From NCBI GenBank assembly GCA_022709525.1, contig JAKLIQ010000001.1, positions 78,709 to 142,708 of the forward strand: a stretch of DNA of 64,000 nt. Direction: 5' to 3'. Under the pieces are notes generated by a model. That model ran no database searches. It had not been told where the DNA came from and saw nothing but the letters and a program-made list of their open reading frames with translations. A program made the translations under genes and the position numbers. This DNA is from Candidatus Omnitrophota bacterium (GTDB lineage Bacteria > Omnitrophota > Omnitrophia > Omnitrophales > Aquincolibacteriaceae). Shown one piece after another: positions 19,130 to 30,235 of the stretch (position 1 is its first letter; the number at the start of each line of letters is the position of its first letter).

Positions 19130-21988
19130 ATGGACCTAGACAAACAATATAATTCCAAAGAAGTCGAGACGAAATGGTATTCCCTATGGGAATCGAAGGG
19201 CTATTTCCGTCCGCAGAGCGACGAAAAACGGGGACTCCGGGCTCGGGACTCGTCCCTCGGAAAAGTTCCTCACGAGTCCCTAGGAACTAGTCCCGAGCGA
19301 CGTCCGTATGTGATCGTGATTCCGCCACCGAACGTGACGGGGATCCTGCACATGGGCCATGCGCTCAACAATTCCATTCAGGATATCCTTGTTCGCTGGA
19401 ACCGTATGAAGGGCCGGGACACGCTCTGGGTTCCGGGCGTTGACCACGCGGGCATCGCGACGCAGAACGTGGTCGAGAAAAAACTCGCCAAAGAAAAGAA
19501 AACGCGCTGGGATCTTGGCCGCGAAAAGTTTCTCAAAGAAGTCTGGAAATGGAAAGAAGAGCACGGTTCCACGATCACGCGCCAGCTGAGGCGGCTTGGC
19601 GCCTCCTGCGACTGGTCGCGAGAGCGTTTTACAATGGATGAGGGGCTCTCCAAGGCCGTGCGCGAGGCTTTTGTCACGCTTTATGAAAAGGGCCTGATCT
19701 ATCGCGGCAATTACATCATTAATTGGTGCCCACGCTGTGAGACCGCGCTTTCGGACGAAGAGGCGGCGCACAAGGACGTGCAAGGCGGCCTTTATCATAT
19801 CAAGTATCCCTGCCTGCCGGCCGGCAGGCTATCGTCGGAAGTCCGCGGACCGTATGAGAAAATGGGTGAGGATCATATTGTGGTCGCCACGACCCGGCCC
19901 GAGACCATGCTGGGTGATACCGCGGTCGCAGTCCATCCGGATGATCCGCGCTACAAGCACCTGATCGGTCAAAAGGTCATCCTGCCTTTAATGGAACGCG
20001 AGATCCCTGTGATCGCCGATGAACTTGTCGATCCCGAATTCGGAACCGGGATCGTCAAGGTCACGCCCGCGCATGACCCGAACGATTTCGCGATAGGGCA
20101 CCGCCACAAACTCGAACAGGTCAATGTTATGACGCCGGACGGCAAGATCAATGAAAACGGCGGCGCCTATAAGGGCATGGACCGCTTCGAAGCCCGCAAG
20201 AAGATCCTCCATGACCTCGAAGAGCGCGGGCTTTTTGTCCGTCGCGATTCGCATTTGCACGCGGTCGGGCATTGTTATCGTTGCGATACCGTGATCGAGC
20301 CTTATCTTTCCAAGCAATGGTTCGTCAAGATGCAGCCGCTGGCCGAGAAAGCGCTCAAAGCTCATGAACAGGGAAAGACCGTTTTCTATCCTGACCGCTG
20401 GACCAAGGTTTATACCAACTGGCTTCGCAATATCCGCGACTGGTGCATTTCCCGCCAAATTTGGTGGGGGCATCAGATTCCAGCCTGGCATTGTTCCCAA
20501 TGCCAGGCTGCGGGACTCGCATCTCGCACCTCGGGGCTCGACAAGCGAGAAATCCAAACGAGTCCCGAGTCCCGAGTCCCGAGCAACGATGGGATTATCG
20601 TTGCCCGCGAGAAACCCGGAAAATGTCCCCGCTGCAGCAGCAAAGACCTCGTTCAAGACCCCGATGTGCTCGATACATGGTTTTCCTCTTGGTTGTGGCC
20701 GTTCTCAACGCTTGGTTGGCCGGAAAAAACCGACGATGTGAAAAAGTTTTATCCGACGTCGGACCTGATCACGGCGCCGGAGATCATCTTTTTCTGGGTC
20801 GCGCGCATGATCATGGCGGGTCTGGAATTCATGGGAGAAGTTCCTTTCAGTCGCATTTATATTCACGGAACGGTCCGCGCGGCAACCGGTCTTAAAATGT
20901 CAAAATCGCTCGGCAACTCGATCGATCCGCTCGAAGTGATCGAAGAAATGGGTGCCGACGCGCTCCGTTACAGCATGATCATGCTCTCCTCGCAGGATGT
21001 TTTCCTCTCCCGGGAGAAGTTTGAAGTCGGCCGCAATTTTGCCAACAAAGTCTGGAACGCCTGCCGGTTTGTTTTGATGCAGATCGCGGATCTCAAAGAA
21101 GCTTCAGCGGATCCAAAACAATTCGAAAGATCAGCGTTATCCCTTCCAAGCCGCTGGATCCTTTCTCGACTGGAAGAAAAGTCCGCCGGGATCGAACGCC
21201 ATCTTGCGCAATTCGGCCTCGCCCAGGCCGCGACCGAGCTTTATCATTTCGTATGGGACGATTTTTGCGACTGGTATATCGAGCTCGCCAAACCGATGAT
21301 CCAATCCGAAGACCCTGCGGTAAAGCTCCAGACGCAAAAAGTCCTTTTCTTTGTCTGTGAGAGGATCCTCCGGCTTCTGCATCCTTTTGTGCCGTTCATC
21401 ACCGAAGAGATCTGGCAGAAATTCAAAGAAAGAGCCGTGGACGGGAAGACTTGGCCGGAAAGCATCATGCTCGCCGCATGGCCGCACGACGGGAAGAAGC
21501 AATTCCATGACGCGGCCGCCCAGAAAGCCGTCGGCTTTTTGCAGGATGCCGTGACCGGGATCCGGGACCTGCGCGTCCGGTTCCAGATCGCGCCGACCGA
21601 TAAATTGAAAGCGGTGGTCGTCTGCAAAGAAAAAGGGACCCAGGAGGTTTTCAAGGCCTTTGAACGCGAAGTGAAAACGCTCGGCCGGTTGGCGGAACTT
21701 CAGTGTGTCCGCGAATTCCAGAAAAAAGGCGCTATGGCGGCCAATTCGTTCGCCGCGTTCGATGTCTTCATTTCTCTCGAGGGGATCCTGGACCCCGAGG
21801 AAGAGAAAAAGCGGCTCCAGAAAAAGATCCGGGAGACCGAACAGTGGATCGAACAGATCCTTAAAAAAGTCGGGAATCCTTCTTTCGCCGAAAAGGCTCC
21901 GAAGGAGATCCTTGAGAAAGAGAAAGAAAAACTCGAAGATGCCAAAAAACTTCTCGTATCCTACAAGACCCAGCTCGCAAGTTTCTAG
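19130..21988 (+). CDS. valS: Valyl-tRNA synthetase
   Basis: HIGH motif (PPPNVTGILHMGHALN) and KMSKS motif (KMSKSLGN), plus a C-terminal coiled coil. It carries two in-frame repeat-derived inserts. Confidence 0.9.
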   Translation: MDLDKQYNSKEVETKWYSLWESKGYFRPQSDEKRGLRARDSSLGKVPHESLGTSPERRPYVIVIPPPNVTGILHMGHALNNSIQDILVRWNRMKGRDTLWVPGVDHAGIATQNVVEKKLAKEKKTRWDLGREKFLKEVWKWKEEHGSTITRQLRRLGASCDWSRERFTMDEGLSKAVREAFVTLYEKGLIYRGNYIINWCPRCETALSDEEAAHKDVQGGLYHIKYPCLPAGRLSSEVRGPYEKMGEDHIVVATTRPETMLGDTAVAVHPDDPRYKHLIGQKVILPLMEREIPVIADELVDPEFGTGIVKVTPAHDPNDFAIGHRHKLEQVNVMTPDGKINENGGAYKGMDRFEARKKILHDLEERGLFVRRDSHLHAVGHCYRCDTVIEPYLSKQWFVKMQPLAEKALKAHEQGKTVFYPDRWTKVYTNWLRNIRDWCISRQIWWGHQIPAWHCSQCQAAGLASRTSGLDKREIQTSPESRVPSNDGIIVAREKPGKCPRCSSKDLVQDPDVLDTWFSSWLWPFSTLGWPEKTDDVKKFYPTSDLITAPEIIFFWVARMIMAGLEFMGEVPFSRIYIHGTVRAATGLKMSKSLGNSIDPLEVIEEMGADALRYSMIMLSSQDVFLSREKFEVGRNFANKVWNACRFVLMQIADLKEASADPKQFERSALSLPSRWILSRLEEKSAGIERHLAQFGLAQAATELYHFVWDDFCDWYIELAKPMIQSEDPAVKLQTQKVLFFVCERILRLLHPFVPFITEEIWQKFKERAVDGKTWPESIMLAAWPHDGKKQFHDAAAQKAVGFLQDAVTGIRDLRVRFQIAPTDKLKAVVVCKEKGTQEVFKAFEREVKTLGRLAELQCVREFQKKGAMAANSFAAFDVFISLEGILDPEEEKKRLQKKIRETEQWIEQILKKVGNPSFAEKAPKEILEKEKEKLEDAKKLLVSYKTQLASF
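19231..19295 (+). repeat. Copy C of the element (short form), in-frame inside valS, encoding RGLRARDSSLGKVPHESLGTSPER
   Basis: gggactccgggctcgggactcg...cacgagtccctaggaactagtcccgag matches the termini of copy B. The GYF...IPPPN spacing is about 23 aa longer than in E. coli ValRS as recalled. Confidence 0.7.
20511..20584 (+). repeat. Copy D of the element (short form), in-frame inside valS, encoding AAGLASRTSGLDKREIQTSPESRVPSN
   Basis: cgggactcgcatctcgcacctcggggctcg...aaacgagtcccgagtcccgagtcccgag. Confidence 0.7.
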
Positions 21989-22835
21989 CCGGGAACCCGG
22001 CGCCTACGGCCATCCGTTACCCGTTTCGCGGCGGACGCTCAATTTTATCAAGGAAGCGTTGAAAGAAGATATCGGGAGCGGGGACATGACTTCCAACCTG
22101 CTTATCCCTCCCTATGCGAGAGGGGAAGCGCGGGTGATCGCCAAGACCCGGGGTATTTTTTGCGGCGAGCGGCTTGTGCGCGAACTCTTCAAGATCGTGG
22201 ATCCCAAGGTCAAACTTGAATTCCGTATTCATAACGGCGGCCGGCTGCGCCCCGGAAAGACCGTTTTTAAAATGCGGGGCCATGTCCGCTCGATCCTTAA
22301 AGCCGAACGGACCATGGTGAATTTTATCAGCCATCTTTCCGGCGTCGCGACCAAGACCCGTCAGTTCGTGGACCGGGTTAAAAAATATCCGGTGCTGATC
22401 CTGGATACCCGGAAAACCACGCCGATCTGGCGCGAACTTGAAAAAGTCGCGGTGCAGGTCGGCGGCGGACGGAACCACCGCCAGGGGCTCGATGAATTCC
22501 TGTTCGTAAAAGAAAACCACAGGATCCACGGCGACCTGAAAAAATTACGCCGTCATCCCGGTGCATTCGAGATCGAAGTGCGGAGTCTCGGGGAGCTATG
22601 GGAGGCCATCGGCCTGCGGCCCAAGGTCATTTTGCTCGATAATTTTACGCCGAAAGAAGCCAAGCGGGCGGTCGAGATCGTCCGCAAAGAGGCCCCGGGA
22701 GTGATCGTTGAGGCCTCGGGAGGGATCACGCTTGAAAATGTCCGAAAATTCGCCGCGGCCGGTGTCGATACCATTTCAGTCGGCTCGCTCACGCATTCCA
22801 TTAAAGCCGTCGATTTTTCGCTCTTGGTGGATTAA
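21939..22835 (+). CDS. nadC: Nicotinate-nucleotide pyrophosphorylase (quinolinate phosphoribosyltransferase)
   Basis: NadC-like sequence: ALKEDIGSGDMTSNLL...RTMVNFISHLSGVAT...VDTISVGSLTHS. No start codon lies between the valS stop and the conserved N-terminus. The in-frame ATG at 21939 inside the valS 3' end is the likely start. The start is uncertain. Confidence 0.7.
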   Translation: MPKNFSYPTRPSSQVSSREPGAYGHPLPVSRRTLNFIKEALKEDIGSGDMTSNLLIPPYARGEARVIAKTRGIFCGERLVRELFKIVDPKVKLEFRIHNGGRLRPGKTVFKMRGHVRSILKAERTMVNFISHLSGVATKTRQFVDRVKKYPVLILDTRKTTPIWRELEKVAVQVGGGRNHRQGLDEFLFVKENHRIHGDLKKLRRHPGAFEIEVRSLGELWEAIGLRPKVILLDNFTPKEAKRAVEIVRKEAPGVIVEASGGITLENVRKFAAAGVDTISVGSLTHSIKAVDFSLLVD

Positions 22836-22861
22836 CCAGCCAGCAACTTGAGGAGAGGGTC

Positions 22862-23356
22862 ATGAAGAAACGCGCAAAAACAAAAAATGAAATGCTCGAT
22901 CTCGTCGCCGCGATGGCGAAACTTGTGGAGCGGCTCGAGGTCCTTGAGAAAAAGACGGATTCCCTTACCGGCCGCGTCGGGTCCTTACCCTCTGAGATCA
23001 AGCAATACCTGCAGAATCTTCGCCCCGGCCCCAAGGAGCACCATCTCCCGGCCCCCCACGCCGGATCTTCCCAGGCGCCGCGTGAAAAGATCCTCTACGA
23101 AGTCGTTTGCTCCGATTGTTTCAAAAATTGCAAAGTCCCTTTTAAACCGAGCGAAAACCGGCCGGTCTATTGCCCGGAATGTTTCGCGATCCGTAAAGCC
23201 GGCCACGTCCCGCAGGACCCGACGCAGCGTGTCAAGCCAATGCACCCGCCCAAACAGATCGTGCCGCTTGTGCATAAAAAGGCGAAACCGCTCAGCCCTT
23301 CCAAGCGCGCCGCTTCTCCCAAAAAGAAAAAATCCGCCAAACGGTCCAAAAAATAA
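22862..23356 (+). CDS. Zinc-ribbon protein (CSDCF...PVYCPECF) with an N-terminal coiled coil and a Lys-rich basic tail
   Basis: Cys4 motif C-x2-C-x17-C-x2-C. The tail KRAASPKKKKSAKRSKK suggests nucleic-acid binding. Confidence 0.4.
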   Translation: MKKRAKTKNEMLDLVAAMAKLVERLEVLEKKTDSLTGRVGSLPSEIKQYLQNLRPGPKEHHLPAPHAGSSQAPREKILYEVVCSDCFKNCKVPFKPSENRPVYCPECFAIRKAGHVPQDPTQRVKPMHPPKQIVPLVHKKAKPLSPSKRAASPKKKKSAKRSKK

Positions 23357-23418
23357 CGGGCGCTTTCAAACGCGTAAGGCTCCTTTTTCGTGTTTGCCGT
23401 GTGGTAAAATACCTCATC

Positions 23419-24033
23419 ATGAGACCTCAAAACGCGTTTAGGATCTTGGCCTTCAGCCTTCTTCTTTCCGGTTGCGCGACGTTATTCGGATGGGATATTC
23501 ACGCACCCGGCGTTCTTTCCCAGAGGTTTTATGAGCGCGTCGAGCCGCTCGACCAACGCATCGGGCTTTACCTTGATCCCTCTTTTTCGGACCTGATCTC
23601 GAAGAACAAAGGCGGCCGTTTCGCGGACCCACAGACCTACTATATCGGAGAAGCCTACGTGCCTCTGGTGATCGAGGGGTTTCAGCGGGGGTTTGGGGAA
23701 TTCCTCTTTCTTGAAGATGAGCCCCGGCGGGAAGTTTTGGCCCAATACGGGATCACTTACGCGGTCTATATCAGGCCTCGCGCCTTTACCAACGATGTGA
23801 CGCTTAAGGGCCAGAAGGTCGGATTTGAATCCGACACCTTCGTCTTTGATGCTGATCTGAATCTCCTGGACCGTTTCCAGACGACGGGAACCAGCGATTC
23901 CAAAAAAGTTTTCGCCAAGCGCGGCGGCCCGCAGGTCAACTTGAACGGCGCGCTTGAAAATAATGTCGAAAGCATCGTGCTTCATATCCAGGACGCGGTT
24001 CGGAGCGGCCGGTGGAAGAAAGGCGCGGCATGA
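23419..24033 (+). CDS. Lipoprotein, hypothetical
   Basis: Signal peptide with lipobox LLLSGC. Confidence 0.45.
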   Translation: MRPQNAFRILAFSLLLSGCATLFGWDIHAPGVLSQRFYERVEPLDQRIGLYLDPSFSDLISKNKGGRFADPQTYYIGEAYVPLVIEGFQRGFGEFLFLEDEPRREVLAQYGITYAVYIRPRAFTNDVTLKGQKVGFESDTFVFDADLNLLDRFQTTGTSDSKKVFAKRGGPQVNLNGALENNVESIVLHIQDAVRSGRWKKGAA

Positions 24034-24617
24034 AAAGGGTCCTGACAATCGTAACGATCCTTTTTTGGAGGATGGGAACGGTTTGTGGCGCCGAAAACGA
24101 AGTGCTGCAGGAAAGCGGCGCGAAAGTATTCGTCCGCGAGCATCCGCAGACCGGCCAGTCGTTCGTCAGTCTCCGAACCGAAGGAAAAGAGGGGCGGGAC
24201 CTTTTTAAAGGATTTACCCGCCGCGAGATCAGGCCGGACTACAAGATGCTTGATCCTAAAACGAAGTCGGGCGAGATCCCTTACGAAGGGCCCGTGAGCG
24301 ACCGGACCAAAGTATATGTCTTTGCCGCGACGATCGCCACGCTCGGAGTCGCGGGAAGCGCCGTCGCGGCCGCGGCTTTTCCGGCGAGCGCCGCCGCTGC
24401 GGCTAGTTCCGGCGGCGGAGCGGTGCTTGGCACCGGCGCTGCCGTGGTCGCAGGCGTCGCGGCGGATATTGTCGTGGAATCTCATATCGCGCCCGGAGAA
24501 GAGAATTATATCCACGAGGGCAAAACGGAATCTGCGACGGGCAGTCCGAAGAAGCTCAGCTTTCAGGAGATCATCCGGGAGCAGGACGCTTTGGGACCGA
24601 AGGAAAATATGATATGA
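24030..24617 (+). CDS. Secreted/membrane hypothetical protein with an Ala/Gly-rich hydrophobic segment
   Basis: Signal peptide MKRVLTIVTILFWRMGTVCGA. ATGA overlap with the upstream ORF. Confidence 0.4.
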   Translation: MKRVLTIVTILFWRMGTVCGAENEVLQESGAKVFVREHPQTGQSFVSLRTEGKEGRDLFKGFTRREIRPDYKMLDPKTKSGEIPYEGPVSDRTKVYVFAATIATLGVAGSAVAAAAFPASAAAAASSGGGAVLGTGAAVVAGVAADIVVESHIAPGEENYIHEGKTESATGSPKKLSFQEIIREQDALGPKENMI

Positions 24618-26632
24618 GCGAATTTAAATTAGTTTCTTCCATGACGCCGAAAGGCGATCAGCCGCAGGCGATCGAAAAACTGATCGCGGGTTTCCGGTCG
24701 GGCAAAAAAGAGCAGGTCCTCATGGGCGTGACCGGTTCCGGGAAAACCTTCACCATGGCGCATGTGATCGAGGGGCTCGGCAAACCGACGCTTGTGATCT
24801 CGCATAATAAGACCCTTGCTGCGCAGCTTTACGCCGAGCTCAAGGAATTCTTTCCCGGAAATGCCGTCGAGTATTTCGTTTCTTATTACGATTACTACCA
24901 GCCCGAGGCGTATATCCCGCACACGGATACCTACATCGAAAAAGACGCCTCGATCAACGAAGATTTGGACCGTCTCCGGCTTTCAGCCACAAGCTCCATT
25001 CTTTCGCGAAAAGACTGCATTATCGTTTCAAGTGTTTCCTGTATCTACGGCCTCGGCGCGCCGGAGGATTGGCAGGGGATGCTTATCACGATCAAAAAGG
25101 GCGATCCTGCGGACCGGGATAAATTCCTCTCGGACCTGATCGGCCTTCAATATGAAAGGGTTGAAACGGAATTGCGGCGCGGGACATTCCGTGTGCGCGG
25201 CGGCAGGATCGATCTCCTGCCATCCTACGGTCAGAACCCTTACCGGATCGACCTTGGTCCCGAAACGGTCGAGCGGATCACGCTTCTTGACCCCGTGAAA
25301 TTCACCGCGATTAAGGAGATCGAAAAACTCGCCGTTTATCCGGCCAAACATTTCGTGACGCCGGGCGACCGTTTGGAAACCGCCGTCGTTTCGATCGAAC
25401 AAGAAATGAAAGAGCAGGTCAAAAAACTCCTTAGCGAGGGCAAAGAGCTTGAAGCGAAACGTTTGGAATCGAGGACTCAGTATGATCTTGAGATGCTTAA
25501 AGAGGTCGGTTATTGTTCGGGTGTCGAGAATTATTCGCGCCATCTTGCCGGCCGCGCTCCCGGTTCCACGCCTTATACGCTCCTTGATTACTTTCCCAAG
25601 GATTTCCTCATGATCATCGACGAGTCGCACCAAAGCGTGCCGCAGATCCGCGGCATGTTTAACGGCGATATCTCCCGGAAAAAAGTCCTCGTTGAACACG
25701 GTTTCCGCCTGCCTTCCGCGCTTGATAACCGGCCGCTGCGATTCCCGGAATTTGAAAGCAAGATCAAACAATGCCTTTATGTTTCCGCCACGCCCGGGCC
25801 TTATGAAATAGGCCGCGCGCCGGAAGTGATCGAACAAGTCATCCGGCCGACCGGGCTGATGGACCCGGAGATCGAGGTTCGCAGGACGAAGGGCCAGATC
25901 GATGATCTGATCGCCGAGATCAAAAAGCGCGCCAAGGCGGGGGAACGGACGATCGTAACGACCTTGACCAAAAAAATGGCCGAAGACCTGAGCCGCTATC
26001 TGAAAGAGATTGGGATCAAAGTCCATTATCTTCACTCGGAATTCGACGCTTTTGAGCGTGTGGAGATCCTGCGTGATTTCCGGCTTAAAAAATACGATTG
26101 CGTGATCGGCGTGAACCTGTTGCGCGAAGGCCTGGACCTTCCGGAAGTGTCGCTGGTGGCGGTGCTTGACGCCGACAAAGAAGGTTTTTTAAGGAGCGAT
26201 GTTTCGCTCATTCAGATCGCGGGCCGCGCCGCGCGCCACATTCATGGCAAGGTGATCATGTACGGCGATAAGATCACGGATTCCATGAAGCGGGCAATCG
26301 ACGAGACTACGCGCCGCCGCAAAATCCAGGAGCATTACAATCTCGTGAACCGCATCACACCGGTCTCGATCAAAAAAGAGATCAAAGACGGGATCGAGAA
26401 ATGGAAAAAAGCAGAAGAATTTGTTCATGACGTCGTTCACGAGTCCGGCAGGGAATACGAAACCAAGAACTATCTCGCATTTTTGAAACAGCGGATGGAA
26501 TCCTGCGCCAGGGCCCTTGAATTCGACAAGGCCGCCCGCTACCGCGATGAGATCCGGCGTCTGGAAGCAGGAATGCCAAAAGAAAAAACCGCCCTGGAAC
26601 CCGCGCCTAAGAAGTCAAAACGCAAGCTTTAA
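24614..26632 (+). CDS. uvrB: Excinuclease ABC subunit B
   Basis: GVTGSGKTFTMAHVI Walker A; YYDYYQPEAY beta-hairpin region; C-terminal UVR domain. Confidence 0.95.
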   Translation: MSEFKLVSSMTPKGDQPQAIEKLIAGFRSGKKEQVLMGVTGSGKTFTMAHVIEGLGKPTLVISHNKTLAAQLYAELKEFFPGNAVEYFVSYYDYYQPEAYIPHTDTYIEKDASINEDLDRLRLSATSSILSRKDCIIVSSVSCIYGLGAPEDWQGMLITIKKGDPADRDKFLSDLIGLQYERVETELRRGTFRVRGGRIDLLPSYGQNPYRIDLGPETVERITLLDPVKFTAIKEIEKLAVYPAKHFVTPGDRLETAVVSIEQEMKEQVKKLLSEGKELEAKRLESRTQYDLEMLKEVGYCSGVENYSRHLAGRAPGSTPYTLLDYFPKDFLMIIDESHQSVPQIRGMFNGDISRKKVLVEHGFRLPSALDNRPLRFPEFESKIKQCLYVSATPGPYEIGRAPEVIEQVIRPTGLMDPEIEVRRTKGQIDDLIAEIKKRAKAGERTIVTTLTKKMAEDLSRYLKEIGIKVHYLHSEFDAFERVEILRDFRLKKYDCVIGVNLLREGLDLPEVSLVAVLDADKEGFLRSDVSLIQIAGRAARHIHGKVIMYGDKITDSMKRAIDETTRRRKIQEHYNLVNRITPVSIKKEIKDGIEKWKKAEEFVHDVVHESGREYETKNYLAFLKQRMESCARALEFDKAARYRDEIRRLEAGMPKEKTALEPAPKKSKRKL

Positions 26633-26730
26633 TTCCCCCCGAGCTTCTGTTATACTACCGCCCTGCTTCGAAGTCGATCTTTGTAACCTACGGCGCGGGG
26701 TGGAGCAGCTCGGTAGCTCGTTGGGCTCAA

Positions 26731-27153
26731 GTGGATACAAAACTCAAGTCAGACATAGCAGAAAGTGCCGTTCTTACCCGGCTTTTGAAAGAGGGATTTA
26801 GAGTTCTTAAACCCGTAGGCGACAGGTTGCCATACGACCTGGCCTTGGACATGGGTAAAAAACTTTTCAAGATCCAAGTCAAAAGCGCGTGGGGCAAGGA
26901 CGGCATCTACAATGTTGACAGCCGGCGGACCAAAACAAACCGGCGGAAAATGTTGCGAAGTCGTTATGCTGAAGACGACTTTGATTTTGCTGTGTTGTAT
27001 ATTGAGGATCTCGGTATTTTCTATGTGATGCCGCGGAATGTTTTTGATTCTTATAAAAGCGGGATCAGAATTGTAGAAAAGATCACAAGGCAGAGAACGC
27101 CGAGATCCGGAAAATATCGCGAAGCTTGGGATTTGTTGAAAAGGGCCGCTTAA
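26731..27153 (+). CDS. Intron-encoded putative homing endonuclease, 140 aa, possibly PD-(D/E)xK-type like I-Ssp6803I of the cyanobacterial tRNA-fMet intron
   Basis: The ORF fills the peripheral 5' part of the intron. Motif LPYDLALDMGKKLFKIQVKS is PD-(D/E)xK-like. Its GTG start lies 3 nt after the 5' splice site, so the true start is uncertain. Confidence 0.5.
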   Translation: MDTKLKSDIAESAVLTRLLKEGFRVLKPVGDRLPYDLALDMGKKLFKIQVKSAWGKDGIYNVDSRRTKTNRRKMLRSRYAEDDFDFAVLYIEDLGIFYVMPRNVFDSYKSGIRIVEKITRQRTPRSGKYREAWDLLKRAA

Positions 27154-27253
27154 CCGGAAACGGTTAAGGCAACACCTGTCAAACTCGGTGAACCCTGTCA
27201 GATGGGAATACCGAACCAAGCCTTACGGATCGTTCGTGAGGAAGGCGTAGAGA

Positions 27254-28981
<1,728 letters not shown>

Positions 28982-29227
28982 GATGACAGGCCTCCTTTCA
29001 GGCAGGGATCGAAAGCGCCAGCCCGGCGCTTTGATCGAGAAACGAATAATACACCCGCCGTCAAGTGGACGGAAGCCGTTCGCCCTTTCTGTTTTGCTAT
29101 CCAATGCCGAACCAGCCATTGCGCAAGCATAGCTAATGAGCCGTTCCGGGCATATTCCGGAGGCGGCTCGGGCATCTCAAAATCTTCGATGGTCAGATCT
29201 CTGGATTTATCAGCTCTATCCCGATCC

Positions 29228-30061
29228 TTATGTGCAGGATGGATCAGAGACAGCACCTCCCTTGTAGCGTTTATAGCGCTGTTTATAAAACTCTTCTTTC
29301 TCAAACCGGCGGAGTTCTGCTTCCGCCTTGTGGATTTCGTCGTACTCGTCAACGAAGTCCTCATCAAACTCAAGATAATTGTTCAAAACGAGTGTGCTGT
29401 TCTTTTTGTTGACGAAAGTTGTTTCTCCTTCGCGTCTGAGCAGTTCCTCCATCGTTGCGAAATAGAAACACTCCGGACAATGTTCAAGTTTCTTGAACCA
29501 CTCGATCATCGATTTTCTTTCCACGAGATAGAGAAAGGCGCTGATGCCCTCGTTTTTGACCCAGGTATCTATGAGCACCCGATCATAATACCGCTTACTC
29601 TTCAGCGTCCGTTCGATCTCGATCACAAAACTGTGTTTTCGGCCATCATCAGCCAGGCCATCCGGGACCTTTCTCCGTTCCGTCTTACTTTTCAACACGC
29701 GCTCAGATGTCCAGATGAGCCCCGGAGAACGCTCTAGGATAATACGCGCATCCGTGACCCAAACATCGTGCTCGTAGATTTTCAGGTCCACTCCATCCAG
29801 CGGTCGTAGTCCGTTCGACAGATCCAGGCTCCTCAGGTGCTTTACGCCTTTGGCGGTCGTGAGATAAAGCGTGTCATGACCGACCCTTGGCTTCACGGCT
29901 TTCAAATAACCCTGTCGCATCAGGAGATTCACTCTTCTTGCCGGGACCTTGTACATGCTCAGGCTCTCGGGGAAGAACTTCTTGGCGATATGCCTCAGGA
30001 GCAGAAACTTCTGCTCAAGGCACATCTTCAGGATCTCCGAATCTCTTTCTGTAATGATCAT
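29228..30061 (-). CDS. Hypothetical protein with N-terminal winged-helix-like region (possibly replication-relaxation family)
   Basis: N-terminal helix-turn-helix-like region ILKMCLEQKFLLLRHIAKKF...LMRQGYLK and an acidic C-terminus. It lies in the recombinase island. The family assignment is a guess. Confidence 0.3.
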   Translation of the reverse strand: MIITERDSEILKMCLEQKFLLLRHIAKKFFPESLSMYKVPARRVNLLMRQGYLKAVKPRVGHDTLYLTTAKGVKHLRSLDLSNGLRPLDGVDLKIYEHDVWVTDARIILERSPGLIWTSERVLKSKTERRKVPDGLADDGRKHSFVIEIERTLKSKRYYDRVLIDTWVKNEGISAFLYLVERKSMIEWFKKLEHCPECFYFATMEELLRREGETTFVNKKNSTLVLNNYLEFDEDFVDEYDEIHKAEAELRRFEKEEFYKQRYKRYKGGAVSDPSCT

Positions 30062-30235
30062 CCGCTACTTGTTCCTTATCTGATTTCGTGAGAGACATAT
30101 TAAAAATTGATCTGACGGTGGAGCGATCTGCGTCGTGTCATTTTTGTGATCTTCAAATCTCCGGTACTTCTTGGGCTTTAGCGCCGTGTTAGCAACCAGG
30201 CTTTAGACTGGTCTTGGTTTTTATTTATAATTTCA

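Noticed and set aside
25028-26035. 335-aa minus-strand ORF
   Set aside because: It is antisense to uvrB, whose identity is unambiguous. It is a shadow ORF.
26694-26733. Isolated 5' tRNA fragment or pseudo-tRNA next to uvrB
   Set aside because: Reinterpreted as exon 1 of an intron-containing tRNA-fMet, because a perfectly complementary 3' half lies 617 nt downstream.
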